From the NCBI GenBank assembly GCA_965112155.1, contig OZ218103.1: a DNA stretch of 64,000 nt; one strand, 5' to 3'. This DNA comes from Podarcis liolepis. Its lineage: Eukaryota. The number at the start of each line of letters is the position of its first letter. The stretch's first letter is position 1. A model generated the notes under the pieces. The model was given only the letters and a program-made list of their open reading frames with translations. It had not been told where the DNA came from and did not search any database. Below are positions 47,449 to 60,732 of this stretch, in pieces. Both the position numbers and the translations under genes were made by a program.

Positions 47449-49979
47449 TATTATTATTATTATTTTATTTTTATTTATTTTTATTTTTTATTTATTAAAT
47501 TTCTGTACTGCCCTTCATCCAAAGATCACATGGTGGTTTACATATATAAAACACATAATGGCTCAAAACAAGCTGCACACCTGTTACTTCCAACATATCT
47601 GTTACAAGAAGCTCACTGTCCTTTCAGTGTACTCAAGGTGCCTAGCATGATTATTTATTCTATGCTATCTGTATGCCATTGCTAAACCAGAAGCCTGAGT
47701 TCAGAGTCACACCACACCAAAGAGTCTTGACAGCTCCTGGACAAGACCCTGGGGCCATTTAAAAGCTTGAACACCCTTCTTCCATCTCATAGTTCTGTTG
47801 GACACCTAGAGCCTCCAGCAAATCATAAATATCCATGCAGTGGAAGGGCATTAATTAGGCATAAGTTACCCTAAAATAGAATGTCATTTCTTTTCACACA
47901 TGTATTATTTTTTGACTTTGCAAAATTTTGATTTTGCTTAAATGTAGGTGAATGACACATTTAAATTAAGGCTTCCTTCACAGCATGTAAAAAAATTCTC
48001 AAGTTTAAAATAACAACAATGGAGAATAGATGAAAGATTCAACAAAACTTACTAATGAAGCACCTTTGACACATGTACAAAAGCAAACAGCATTATTCTG
48101 TCATGATGTAGCCAAGGCTCAAGCAACATGGTATGCCAAGTACAGATTCTTTCCTCATGGTTTGTTTGCTTTTAAAACTAAAGGAGCCTGCCAGTCTGAG
48201 CACATGAAAGGTGTGCTGCTTAACACTCCCCACTCTTGTCCTTTTTTAGTTTGAAATCACCTCTCCCGAACTACTTTTTTCAGGCAGAGGACAAAAAGGG
48301 GAATAGTCCCCATAGTTTCCCTTCCCCACTCCTCTGGGGGGGAAAGCAGCTTGGAGTGGGCAATTTTGCACTGAACAGTAGTTAGGTATCTCACTTTTCT
48401 ACTCAGATGCAGCCTTATATATGTATATATAAAACACCACTAGACACAGATGAAAGAAATCACAGAACTGTGTTTACATTTTTAAAACTGTTTTTTAATT
48501 GTGCTTTTTAATTTAAAAACAAACTATTTTTATGTGTTGGGGGTTATTTGGCTGTTTCTGTTTATATTTTGATTGCGTATTTTGTGTTTTTATATTATAA
48601 TTTTATTTTGTGAACCACCCTGAGACCTGCAGGTATACAGCAGTATAAACATTTAAATAATAATAATAATAATGTAACATGTACTTCAAGCCCAAGTTCC
48701 TATACAATTGACATCCATTGAAACCTGTGCCAACACCTGCTTAATAGGGTCTCAATCACAATTAATCTTGCACTGTAAGGTTATTACAATAGCACAGAAG
48801 ACACTATTATGGTTGCAAAGAGATACACCAACCACAATGTGTGTCAAATGTTAACACAGAAAGCAATACAGTGCAAAATACCGTAGATCTTCATAGAGGG
48901 CCTCACCTTAGAAATTTAAAGGCCACCTCAAATTAAGCTCAAAGTTTCCTGCAGTACTGTGAATGCCACAGTGCTTTGTTCACTGCTCAGCAAGCACCTG
49001 GGACCCAAAATGTTCAGGGTCATTCCATTTCCAGTGATCCAACTTTTTTACTTCATGTCATCTAATTTTCTTAATATTTTGTACACTTGTTGAATGATCA
49101 AAACTACCGTAAGTTTAAATCTAAATTTATTTATTTTTTATCTCATCCCGTTTTTTTATTTACTAGGGTTTGAAATTTCAAAAATATGACAGTTTTGGCC
49201 TTGCTGGACTACACAAAAACCTTAACAGCTCAGCCCACGACTGAGAGGCGTTAAAACTAAAAAGACCTATTTCTTCAGAACTTCATGAACTTTAATATGT
49301 CACATGATGGACGTACTCTAAATTTTAATTTTAAGTTACAAAATTTAATTTTTTTCAAGGGATAAAAAATTTATATGATTACAATTTTTCAATAATTTGT
49401 ATTGATTATTTAATATTTCTAAGAGCTACCTGCACAATTTCATCTTGGGATATCAATGGGATCACATTAAAAAATATTTTGTACATACATGTATGCCTTA
49501 TTGGGTTCTATTTAAGCTAAATGGGTCTTCTTGGAGTAAAATATAACAGAATATCACTATAGTATCAGCTGCTTTAGGCATTTCTTTAGAAAGTTATTCA
49601 GTTAAAAGATGTCTGAAAAGCTAGCCAGGGTGTAGACACTGCTGTAAACTAGAAAACAGAAGGCTGGCCAACCAAGCCCTGCCTTACCAACTGCATCACT
49701 AGGAGTATATACTAAAGCTAACCTTAAGAATCTTCCAATATCAGTGCAGATCTGTGAAAGCAGCCAAAAGCGTATCATGAAAAAATATGTGTGCTAGAAA
49801 TGCTGCTTTTCCAGGTCACAATGATTAGAAAGCAAACAAGATGAGCTATCGTGCTCAAGAATCCAGTTGCAATTGTTGGTTCCCAGGGGAAAAGAGAAAG
49901 GGCAATAACTACTGCAGACCACAGTGTGTTTTCAAAAATGCTTTCCCTAGGGTCACATGCTCAAGTTTTACACAAATAA

Positions 49980-50300
49980 AACTGGGAGTCAAGTAATAGC
50001 TTGCCTTGCAACCTGTTAAATATTGAGATATCTGAAATATTCTGAACTTCAGGAACTGCATTAGTTTTGAATTTAATAGCAGCTGCTAAGTTATCCATCA
50101 CTATGAACTGGAAAGATCCTAATCCTTCAATATTGAGAGAATTCTGTTTAAAGACTTGGAACAGTGGCAATGGATAAACTGGTGGAATATATTGGCTGTG
50201 TGATGGCAAGCAACACTGAGACTTTTCAAAAAAACCTGCACCATTACTTTCACAAGCAATTATTTTAATATACGAATTGACATCTACAAGGCTTGTGCTG
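49980..50300 (+). mobile_element. L1/Tx1 LINE ORF2 C-terminal remnant
   Basis: Plus frame LNLIAAAKLSITMNWKDPNPSI matches the AAK..I...WK...P motif of vertebrate L1/Tx1 elements. Confidence 0.6.
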
Positions 50301-53300
50301 TTTATTCTTTTTTGTACCAAATCAAATGTCAGTGGGAAGATACTAGAATATTTTCTAAATGGTATTTTACAACTTAGATATTAATATGCATGTTGGAGAA
50401 GTACAACGTAATGCAGTACCGCAGCTCATAGAGTTGTTGCGGTGTTTTATTTCAAAGAGAAGTGACAACTGGGTATGAGGTTTAACCATACACTTTCCCT
50501 TTATGACAAGGACAAAGGAACAACTTCACTTGGATGCATGTCCCTGGAGATCCAATATTAACCCCCATTTTTCTGCAGACAAACTGGGATGCTGGAGAGA
50601 TAATGATCATTTTCAACCATAATGGAACGCCATAGAATAAACAAACAAGCCTTGAATTTCTCTTGTGGTTTGTGTGGAAACAAACTAACTGTCCTGATTC
50701 ACATGTAGCACTAAGCCGATCACATGATCCACATGCAACACAGTTTCTTTCTTTCTGGGTTGGTAAAGAAAGGAGGAGCGACGAGGGTGTGTGACTTAAG
50801 CAACGTGTACCAGCACGTTCCTCATTCATAGTAAGTCCTAGTTTGTTTCAGACTATGACTTACCGCAATATGCAAGTATCAGTATACTAATTTAACAAAG
50901 CATATGTTTTCTACTTTGGTCACACAGTAGCAATGTTATTTGCTATCTTTGAATTTTGGGTCCAAAAAATATTATATTTATTTGCGGTGGAAACCAACTA
51001 TGTCAAATTCAGAATAGACCCATTAAAATCAAGGGACCTAAGTTAGCCGTTTGTAATGATTTCAATGGATCTGCTATGAGCATGACTTAAGTTGGGTTCA
51101 ACCCTTAATTTCTTTCCTACCCTTTCTCTCAAAGGAGATTTGCAGCTTATTCTCTCTCTGAAGGAAAGAAACCTTTGGAAACAACCCGTAATTCCAAACC
51201 ACTTATTTCCAAATTATTTCAACCAGCATCTCTTTCAGAATGTTGTTTTCTACATTAGTCCTATTTCTGGCCCGTTGGTGGAGGAGCAGAGAAAACCATT
51301 CCTCCCTTGTTTTCCACCAAGTCTTCATATCTCCAGGTTGGACAGCAATTCAGCCATCACTTTCTCCACACAGTGAGGTAGAAGAGGCACAAACAAGTTT
51401 CAGCAAGGCTGGAAACTTCCCAAAACAAAGCATGTGAATCAGAGTCAGCTTGTATGGCCAGGGCCAGATATGTGCCAGACTTCCTTGCAGATTACTGAAA
51501 TTATTTTACTTTCAAGGTACAGAGCAAGGTTACCAAAAACTGCATTCTGTAATATGCTACGCACAAAGAGCAATAAAAGAAAGAGGTATGCAAAGAAACT
51601 GTATCAACTATGAAAGCAGAACTGAGTGAGAAACTGATCATTAGATGCTAGGGGGTTAAATTACCCTTCTTAGCTATGGAAACATGGCTGTAATTAGTAA
51701 CTAGTCTGAAGAAGGGAGAGGCTGCTAAGAACTATTTGTGTACAAACTGCTCCTTCAATAAAGACACAGAAGGGGCAATGTCAATGCACTTCCATGATTC
51801 GAAACCATATCTGGTTCAGAGATATGTTTAGCGATGCTGAGAAGTGTCAAACTACTGACCGAGTTAAAATTAAGAATCAGCAGCACAGGCAAACCAAGAA
51901 AGAGCTTTCGGTGAAAGAAATGGAGCAAGAAAGAAGAATAAAGATAAAATGGGTGTTTATTAATTGCACAATAAATTAGACACATTCATAAGCAGCATTA
52001 GCAGTGTGCGTCTCCTGTGATGTCAGGAACAATACGCATGTTACTCAACAATATTTTCACACTCAATGTCCATCACCACTTTACAGTCCAAATAATCTGG
52101 GATCTTAGCCTTTGCTATAATGGCTAGTTGCCTTCAGACAAACTGAGAATTGCTTGTCTATCAAAACATTCAAGTTAAACACTTGGAATGTAATACTTCA
52201 ATTTAAAAGGGCTGTTTCTTTTCTTCCCATATTTTTACTAATCTACCCTTCATAAATTCAAATATTAAATATGTCAGTACAAGAAAACTGAGTTCTTGTA
52301 TCATTTACTCAAAATATTTCTGCACTACGCTTCAATCAAAAATTTCCAATAATAAATTAGGATGCTAATCTATTACTTATAGGTAACAATGGTCATTTCC
52401 ATATGACCTGTTTATTGAAAATTTATCCTGATTTGTTTGCACAAAACTTGCACAGAGAGGTTATATAGCTGGCATAGGCAAACTACGGCCCTCCAGATGT
52501 TTAGGACTACAATTCTCATCATCCCTGACCACTGGTCCTGTTAGCTAGGGATGATGGGAATTGTAGTCCCAAACATCTGGAGGGCCGGAGTTTGCATATA
52601 CCTGTTATATAGTATCTGCACCTTATTGGATATTCATTCTGATTTGTTTGCGTGGAGGCTATATGGAATTCAGTATATGATGAGACTTCACCCTGATTTG
52701 TTTGTGCGGTGGTAATATGACTTCTCATTAATTGATCATTATCCTTTTTCTGTCACTCTCCTTATCACAAAAAGTTCAGTTTTCTTTAAAGTGGGTTTGT
52801 TGTGCTAGTGCACTTTAGTCTACTTTAACTGAGCAAATCTGGTATGTGACAGAATCTCCCACAAAATACAGTCTGGAGGCGACCAGTGCCAAATTATCCC
52901 CACAAATCTGGAAAAACAAGCTCCTGCCAGACGTAATTACAGAGGGGCAACAGTGGATCAATCACATCTCAGAGCACTCACTGACTTTCCTAACAGATAT
53001 TATCTGACCCTACAGGTATGTTATCAGGAGTGTTGTGCCATGAACAATTTCATGTTGTGAGCCACCCTGAGATCTAAAGATATAGGGCGGTATACAAATT
53101 TAATTAATTAATTAAATGGAAGGCAGATGGTTCTGTCAGTCCTGTTGGCAACATTCGAAAACAAATTAGGGAAGCTTCTGACCTAAGTTTGATACGCAAG
53201 AAATCAACTGGGCAGTTAAGGACATGTGAGGTCTCCCCAATTATATTTTCAAGAGCTGTCAAATCCATATGTTCCCAAACAAGATGGGTGTCAGCTGAGA

Positions 53301-54712
53301 GCACAGCACCTTTATTTATTTTTTACAATTTGTATCCCAAAGAGCTTTCAGTTTAGTGGTATTGGCAATTCCAGATACTTAAGTGATCCAGGAGTCTCCA
53401 GTTCTAGTAACCGATTCAGCAGGCTTCTGACCATGTCTTTCTGAAAGCCAACAAGTTAGATGGATGGAAAAATACATTAAGCACAATTCACACCTCACTG
53501 TCGGCCTCAAAGGCTATTTTCAATCAAGACTTGGAGAATACCCACGGTATAGATTGTGCTGTTGCCTCACCACACTCATGAAAACACTCCACATAGAGGC
53601 AAAGTCATGTAAAGCACTTGGGGACCTAGTAAGATGGGTCTGTTAATGAAACTTGGGAAACAATTAAGCATAATAAAATTAACTTTAAGCACTGAAGCTA
53701 GTGAAAGGTTTACAGATGTTATACTGCTGGAACTTGGTAACCATCTTAAAGAAAGAATTAGAAATCTCACAGAAGGGAATAGGTTGCATTTATTCATGAT
53801 ATAGGAAAGTAGTTATTCTATTTATAATCAAGCCCACATATTTTTTATTATTTAACATATTTAATTTGGATTAGAAGATGTCTTTAACTAACCCCTATAA
53901 AGCATATATATAATAGAATATATTGGTAATAATTGATTATTAATCATACTGAATTTTATTTTTAACTATTTGTTTTTCAGTTACTGACAAATAACAATGT
54001 GGAGTATGTTGATGTGCAAATATGCACCTTAAATTTTATTAAAAGGTTAAAAGGCATTCCACACAGGAACTAATTTTCCCTCAAAGATGATTCCCAACAG
54101 TACTGGAAGTTTTAATACTTTGTCCAGTCCACCACCAACTAACTTCCAACATATTACTTTGCTGTCAGGGTAAATAATCACTACCACTTTGAGAGTAATC
54201 AGCTCTCCATCACACAACCAAGAGACAGGCAAGGAGAGACTATGGAAATATGCATTTATGTGGGTGTACAATAAGAAGAAAGGAAATAGCAAACATCCCA
54301 ATATTCAAATACTGAAAACAATCTCTATAATAAAGTGTCTTCCATTGTATGTATCCTATTATTGTAATTAAATGATGTGTGATGATGGACGTAGCCAAGG
54401 GGGGCAAAAATTATAGAAAAGTGTTGAAAGTACTCAATAAACTGAGGTTCCATCGCCCTCCAAACCAAAGGCTGGCCCTAAAACTTTAACAAAAGCTCAG
54501 CAATGTTGGCTGCTCCACTGAAGAAGCCAAGAAGCACAAACAAACAGTGAGGGCACAAACAAACAGAACAAATAGAACTACACTATCTGGTTTTCCAATG
54601 AAGTTCTATCAACATATTTTCTTGGAGGAATATAAACAAAAGAGTAATTAGATCAGGGGAACTATGCTGGATGCCATCACTTGAAAATGAGGTACTGAAA
54701 CAACCCCATGTT

Positions 54713-55400
54713 ATCTATCGGGAAGGTTTCTGGTTGGTCCTCGTCTGGGGGCAATCGCAGCTCAGCGCTCAGAGTGACCAGCTTCCCAATGTGCATCTTC
54801 TGATTGAGTTCAAACTACATTTGTGTAGTTTCTGATCATGCTTGCTCCTCCTCCATAACTGTGGGCAAAGTCTGTTCTATGGATAGAGGTGTAGATGGAT
54901 TATCTATAGTATCATACATATTGATTCGGCATATAGTTGGATCCAGTCCCTTGGTCTGCAAACACCTTTCTTGGTTGGGTGAGTCTCTTACCGGGGATTC
55001 CTCCTGTAGAAAGGCCAGTATCTCCTCTTTCCCAGACCTATCATTGTTCGTATTCCTGTTGCCCACGTTAGCAGGCTCATGGGGGTTTGCCCTAGGCTTG
55101 TTCAGGTCACGCATCAAATCTTGAATACTGTTTGTTATTTCTTCAATTTCCTCTACTATGGAGTTAATTGGGGTTGTGTTTATCGTTGCTCTTTGCTCAA
55201 CATTCCTAAGGACCGGAGATGTCTTTAAAGTAGGGCAGGTAGTGCTGTACTGTATTATTTATGCAAATTGATTTTCTCGGGAGTTAAAGATTGACCGGGA
55301 CAAACCTTGTTATGCTGAGCTCGTATTTTGCACAATTTGTATACGGTGTCTGTTTGATAATGTGTGGTTAGCTATGCCTAATAAAGGATAACTATTTATT
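54713..55400 (-). mobile_element. 688-bp insertion with 14-bp TSD carrying a decayed ORF
   Basis: aacaaccccatgtt at 54699-54712 and 55401-55414; minus-strand reading frame with stops and a frameshift. Confidence 0.7.
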
Positions 55401-58093
55401 AACAACCCCATGTTTGCACCTAATAGTCACATATCCAGGATCTGAATCTTTATCAGCAATGGAGCATGCTAAACCTCTGCATCTAGTAGGAGAGTTTCCT
55501 CACAGGTATCTGGTTGGCCATGATCTTGTCTAATCCTTATCTAAAAGCTATTAATGACTTGCTCAGTGCTAATTTGCCCAGGTTGTGGACGTGTGGGGGA
55601 AATGGTCTTATTACGAAGTTTAACATTTTTAAGTTTAAAAAAAGACAGAACTAGAACATCTCAAATTAAATTGAATTTAAGTAAAACTTTGCTTTGTTGC
55701 TCTTATGCTAATTCTGCCTGCTACTTCTCAATAATAAACCACCCTGAGACCTCCAGGTATCGGGCAGTATATAAACTCAATAAATAACAACAGCAACTAC
55801 GAATACAGTGGGGAAATTGTTTTAATTCCATTGCATAAAGCCAATACTCTCATCTGGTTTTATAATATCATTGCCCCTCCTTAGCAACACTAATTTATGA
55901 GGTTATATACTCTGGGAATTAAGCTGTATTTTAATCACATCACCCACTGTGGTACTTACAAGAACAGATAGTGTGCTGAACAGTCGAGTGACAGCAGTAA
56001 TGCTACTGTGCTCCATAATTATGAAAGATTCATTTCTCTCCCACTGTAGGCAGGACTAATGTCTCAGTTCCTCACATTTCCACATGAAGATCAATGATCA
56101 AGTGGTAATTCACAAGCAAAAACAACGGAACCAAAAATTAGAACAGAAGTCTTGCATTATTAACAAGTTCGAATACTAATTCAAATCAGATACTGCACTA
56201 AAAGGTACATTATAGGTGCTGAGAGACATAAATACTGCATCCAGATCACTGCAACCACAGTGAAGGATTACCTATACAAGAGAGCCCAGCAAGTTTATAT
56301 GTAAACCATTTTGAGGTTTACATTCAAACAGTATATAAATGTTGTGAAATATGTCCAAAATAAAATAGTAATATCTTTAGAAAAGTAGCTACAGAATGAA
56401 AGATCTACAACAAAACAAACATTTAAAGAATATTGTTGTCTTGGATTCTTTACACATACTGCTGATAACTCAGTTAACATTCAGTGAGAAAGGAAAATCA
56501 CAACTTAGCACTTTATTTTGCCAATCACCACAACATTCACAAAGCAGGGCCATTAGCAGCTTAGCTTCGCAATGTTTCAGGGACACTAGAGCATATTGTA
56601 AAATCATGGAGCCTGTTTTAGACCCAGCAAAGATAATACTCGTCTAGCAAGGACTAGTGGAGGAATTCCTCTTCAGCTCTACTGAAACAAAGTACCCTAT
56701 ACTGCTTGCATGCAGCAGGGAGAGATTAGGGTTGCTGGAGTTGCGGTAAAGATGCTAATGCAAAGTGATGGAGTAAATGGTGCCTATAACATCACTACAA
56801 ACCAGCTTCTAATATATTTATCTACTCAGAACATTTTTATTATCCGGTCAGTTATTTAAACTGTTTTACTTTTATTCCTTTTTCCTTCTTTAGATGTGTC
56901 CACATTCCCCAGTGCTCATACCCAGAACTCCTACAATTAAATTTTCAGCCCTGCAACCTCCCAACAGTTAGTCCCACTCCCATCCATAACATGGAGGAAG
57001 GCAAGAACATTGTTTGGTAATACAGATAGCACTAGTAAAGTGCTAAAAGCACTAGTAAAGTTCCTATTCCTATAGGAAAGAACCTTCATCTAAAAGGCCA
57101 ATAGTGTTAGACTAGATCAGCAAGATATCCTTGACCAGATTCTTTCGCCCAAACCCTTCATATCAAATGTTCGCCAGCATCACTCCCAATGCCTCAAATG
57201 AGGTGAGAGTAACTTTGAAGGTCATGTGATCAATGTGGAAAGTAGTCCCCAGTTAAAAGTGGACACGTAATGGCATAGTTCATAATCCATAGTATACACC
57301 ATTGCTCCAAAATTTTTCTATGGTACTGAAGGACAACAGAGATCACAGTACGAATAATGAGAATGTTTCCTGACAATAGGATCCCAGAGACCACCAGGGG
57401 TCAAAGTGGCAGCAATGTGTACTAGAAGCAAGACCAGGAAGCATGTGAGGACTTCCTTATTCGGGGGGGAGGACAAAAACCCTGTGGGAACAGCTATGCT
57501 GCAGAGAGTAGTAATCACAGAACCAGGAATGATGGTGGAACTGTCAAAGTGAGTGAATCCTCCATTCAGGAAGGGTTTGATCCTGAACTTCACCCTCAGT
57601 GGAGACATGTACTGGAGCTTCTTTAAGATCTGAGATAGTAATAGCCTGAACACAGCAGAAGACTGAGTAGAAACCATCTCTAGAGATGCTGGTTCTGAGA
57701 TAATCCCCTACTTCCCTTGCCCTTCTTCTTCTTTTATTTTTCACTCATGCTTTCAGTGACAAATATGACAACTTAACATTGGCCATTCATTCCAATGTAC
57801 TTGTGTCAATGTACTTGTCCAGCAATGGGGAAAGTTCCTCCAAGGTGAATTCCTAGGCCAATATCTTTACCAAGGTATGCACCTGATGAGTCAAGTCAAA
57901 GCATCGGAGCAACTGTCTCCACAAAAAGGTTTGGGAGAAATGTTGATACCAAACCAGTCAGCACTAAGTAAGACCAGAGGCACACTTGTTGTAGAGGGTA
58001 TGCCAACTGCCACACTAGACAGTGTCTTAATTTCACTAGAGGAAACCACCACAGCACTTGCAACAGTCCACCAAGGCAGATTCAGCTGTCAGT

Positions 58094-58416
58094 AAAGGTA
58101 AAGGTACCCCCTGACCATTAGGTCCAGACGCAGACAACTCTGGGGTTGTGGCGCTCATCTCGCTTTATTGGCCAAGGGAGCCAGCATACAGCTTCCGGGT
58201 CATGTGGCCAGCATGACTAAACCACTTCTGGTGAACCAGAGCAGCGCACGGAAACGCCGTTTACCTTCCCGCTTTGATGTGCTTTCGAACTGCTAGGTTG
58301 GCAGGAGAAGGAACCGAGCAACGGGAGCTCACCCCGTCATGGGGATTCGAACCGCCAACCTTCCGATCGGGAAGCCCTAGGCTCTGGGGTTTAGACCACA
58401 GCACCACCCGCGTCCC
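58094..58416 (-). mobile_element. Sauria SINE
   Basis: Same family as 12421-12781, with an internal deletion. Confidence 0.92.
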
Positions 58417-60469
58417 TTATCAACATTTACAACTGCCTATTATTCCATACTCTATATTTTATGTCAATCCAAATTATCCATGGGCTCTATGGTTTAACCC
58501 ACAGCACCTAGGCTCTATGGTTTAACCCACAGCACCACCCGCTGTCAGTGGCAAGAGTGAAAGGATTGAGATGCAGCAGAGTTATGTCACAGTGGAGCCC
58601 TGATAACTTGAGCCTCAGAATTCATCACAAGAATCGGCTACCAGAAGGTCATAGAAAGCCAAGACGGACCTGTCTGTGTGTCTGCCTTGTGAACTTTTGA
58701 CAAAGAGGGAAGGTGTCACAATGTGCCACTCATTAATGCAAAGGTGGCAGCAGTAGTGTCCAAATGAAGGAACTACTGCTACAAATAGAGCATTCTATCA
58801 ATAAAATATTCATTGAGAGAGAGATCACTGTATCATAAGACTCCTGTCAACACTAACGGAAACACAAACAAGCACAGGGAATCACCAAAAGAAACAAAAT
58901 GAAACTCATTGTAGACTGGACAAGAGAAAAGAGAAAGGAATCTAGATTTTAACTTTCCTCCTGGGGGGAAAAAAGAAAGTTTAATCTGCTGCAGCCAAGG
59001 AGGAATTGAATGGGAATGCAAGGGTCATGGTCCTCCTGAGAATATGCCCAGAGTGCAGGCCTCCCACCAAAAATATTAATCATCTAGCCCTAGAGCAAGG
59101 ATGAGGAACCTGTAGCCCTCCAGATGATGTTAGACTCCAACTCCCATTAGCCCCAGCCAACGGTCAGGAACGAGTTGCAGTCCAACAACATCTGAACAGC
59201 CACAAGTTCCCAGCCCTGCTCTAGAAAGTCCTAGACTTTGGCTGGGTATAAGCACAGAACCTATACATGGAACTCCACAGAGACCACAAAGAACAATCTT
59301 CTCTCCTTCTACTGCAAATATTTAGTGACCAAGATATGTTCAGCTATAGTTTCTTCCCCAGACCAGCAGAAGAAAATGAAATTATTTTAGACAAAACTAG
59401 TCTATCTTTTCATTTAGTCAACTGTGAGCATAACTACACCTTGAGAGGCAATAATGGAATCCCCAACCCTGCATTTGCCTTGTAATGTTAACATGGAAAC
59501 AAGGAAAATACTTAAACCTTCCCCACCCAATGCTTCTTCTTGGTTTCTGTGCTACAGCCAAGTCCAGGGCCAGAAGTAAGTTCAGCATGGTGGCTGAGGT
59601 GGGGGTGGAGTGGGGAGAGAAAAAGAACCCCCCAATATTACCATAATGATCTTGGCAAATATGTGTTTCTCCAAGTGTTTGGTAACATACACTGCTGCCC
59701 TGTTTCTTCTACAGCACATTGGATAGCTATTTAATTGCAAGGAAGTTCAGCACTCCCAGAAACTTGTTCAAACCCTGAAAAACCGGTCTGTCCAACAAAC
59801 TGAGCCAGAATCCATGGACACTGCCCATCTTATTAAAAGGTGAAGCCATCATGGCTTACAATTGTTTTGAAACTAAGGTTAGATTGGATATGATTGCAAA
59901 ACGATTTCTAGGAAAACCAAGGTTGCTTTACATATTTAAGCACACAGCATTCCCAAGTATCTCTCTCTTAGATATACCGGTATGTCGCATTGCCATATGG
60001 ACTACTTCTCATTTTCTTGTGTTTTCCATGTATTGTTTTGCTTTTCAAATATGGGACAAGGATGTTGCTCTAATCATTAGAATCTAATGCAGTAATGCAC
60101 AGAATGGCATGAACTACATGATTTCCTTATTCTCTTCTATGAACAAGAGTAATGTCCATAGTATGATGGGTGCAATTCCATTTTACAGGAAAAAATGAAA
60201 GCCCCTGCATATATATATGCAACCCGCTGGATAGGAGGGGAAATGTTATTTCCTTTTAGATACTCTTACATAATGCAGTTTTAAAACCAAACACTTTTGC
60301 CAGCAGCATCAACACAAATGTTATGTGAGCTGACAGTATAAACGTCCCATGCTGTTAAGTATGGGGGTCAAAATGCACCTGGGAAGGCTGTTTTAATCCG
60401 ACTTTCAAGGCATGTGCACATGTGTGACTGACAGAGTGCATGTCTTGCACTGAGTACATTATGGATGCA

Positions 60470-60732
60470 CAGTCATACCTTGGGTTACAGGCGCTTCGGG
60501 TTATGCGATTTCAGGTTGCGTACCATGCCGAACCCAGAAGTACCGGAATGGGTTACTTCTGGGTTACGGCGCTTGCGCATGTGCAGAAGCACTAAATCAC
60601 ACTTTGCGCATGCGCAGAAGTGCCGAATCACGACCCGTGCATGCGCATAAATGACGCTGCGGGTTGCGAACGCTGCGGGGGTTGCAAACGTGCTTCCCGC
60701 ATGGATCACGTTCGCAACCCAAGCGTCCACTG
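60470..60732. mobile_element. Tc1/mariner-type MITE (second family)
   Basis: cagtcataccttgggtt ... aacccaagcgtccactg; internal gcgcatgcgc repeats. Confidence 0.85.

Noticed and set aside
50690-50740. CACATG E-box cluster as a TFEB/MITF enhancer in SORT1 intron 1
   Set aside because: Short motifs expected by chance; no conservation data available
56900-58000. 119-aa ORF 57318-57677 as a nested gene
   Set aside because: No splice or start context; it looks like decayed retroelement sequence that I cannot classify reliably
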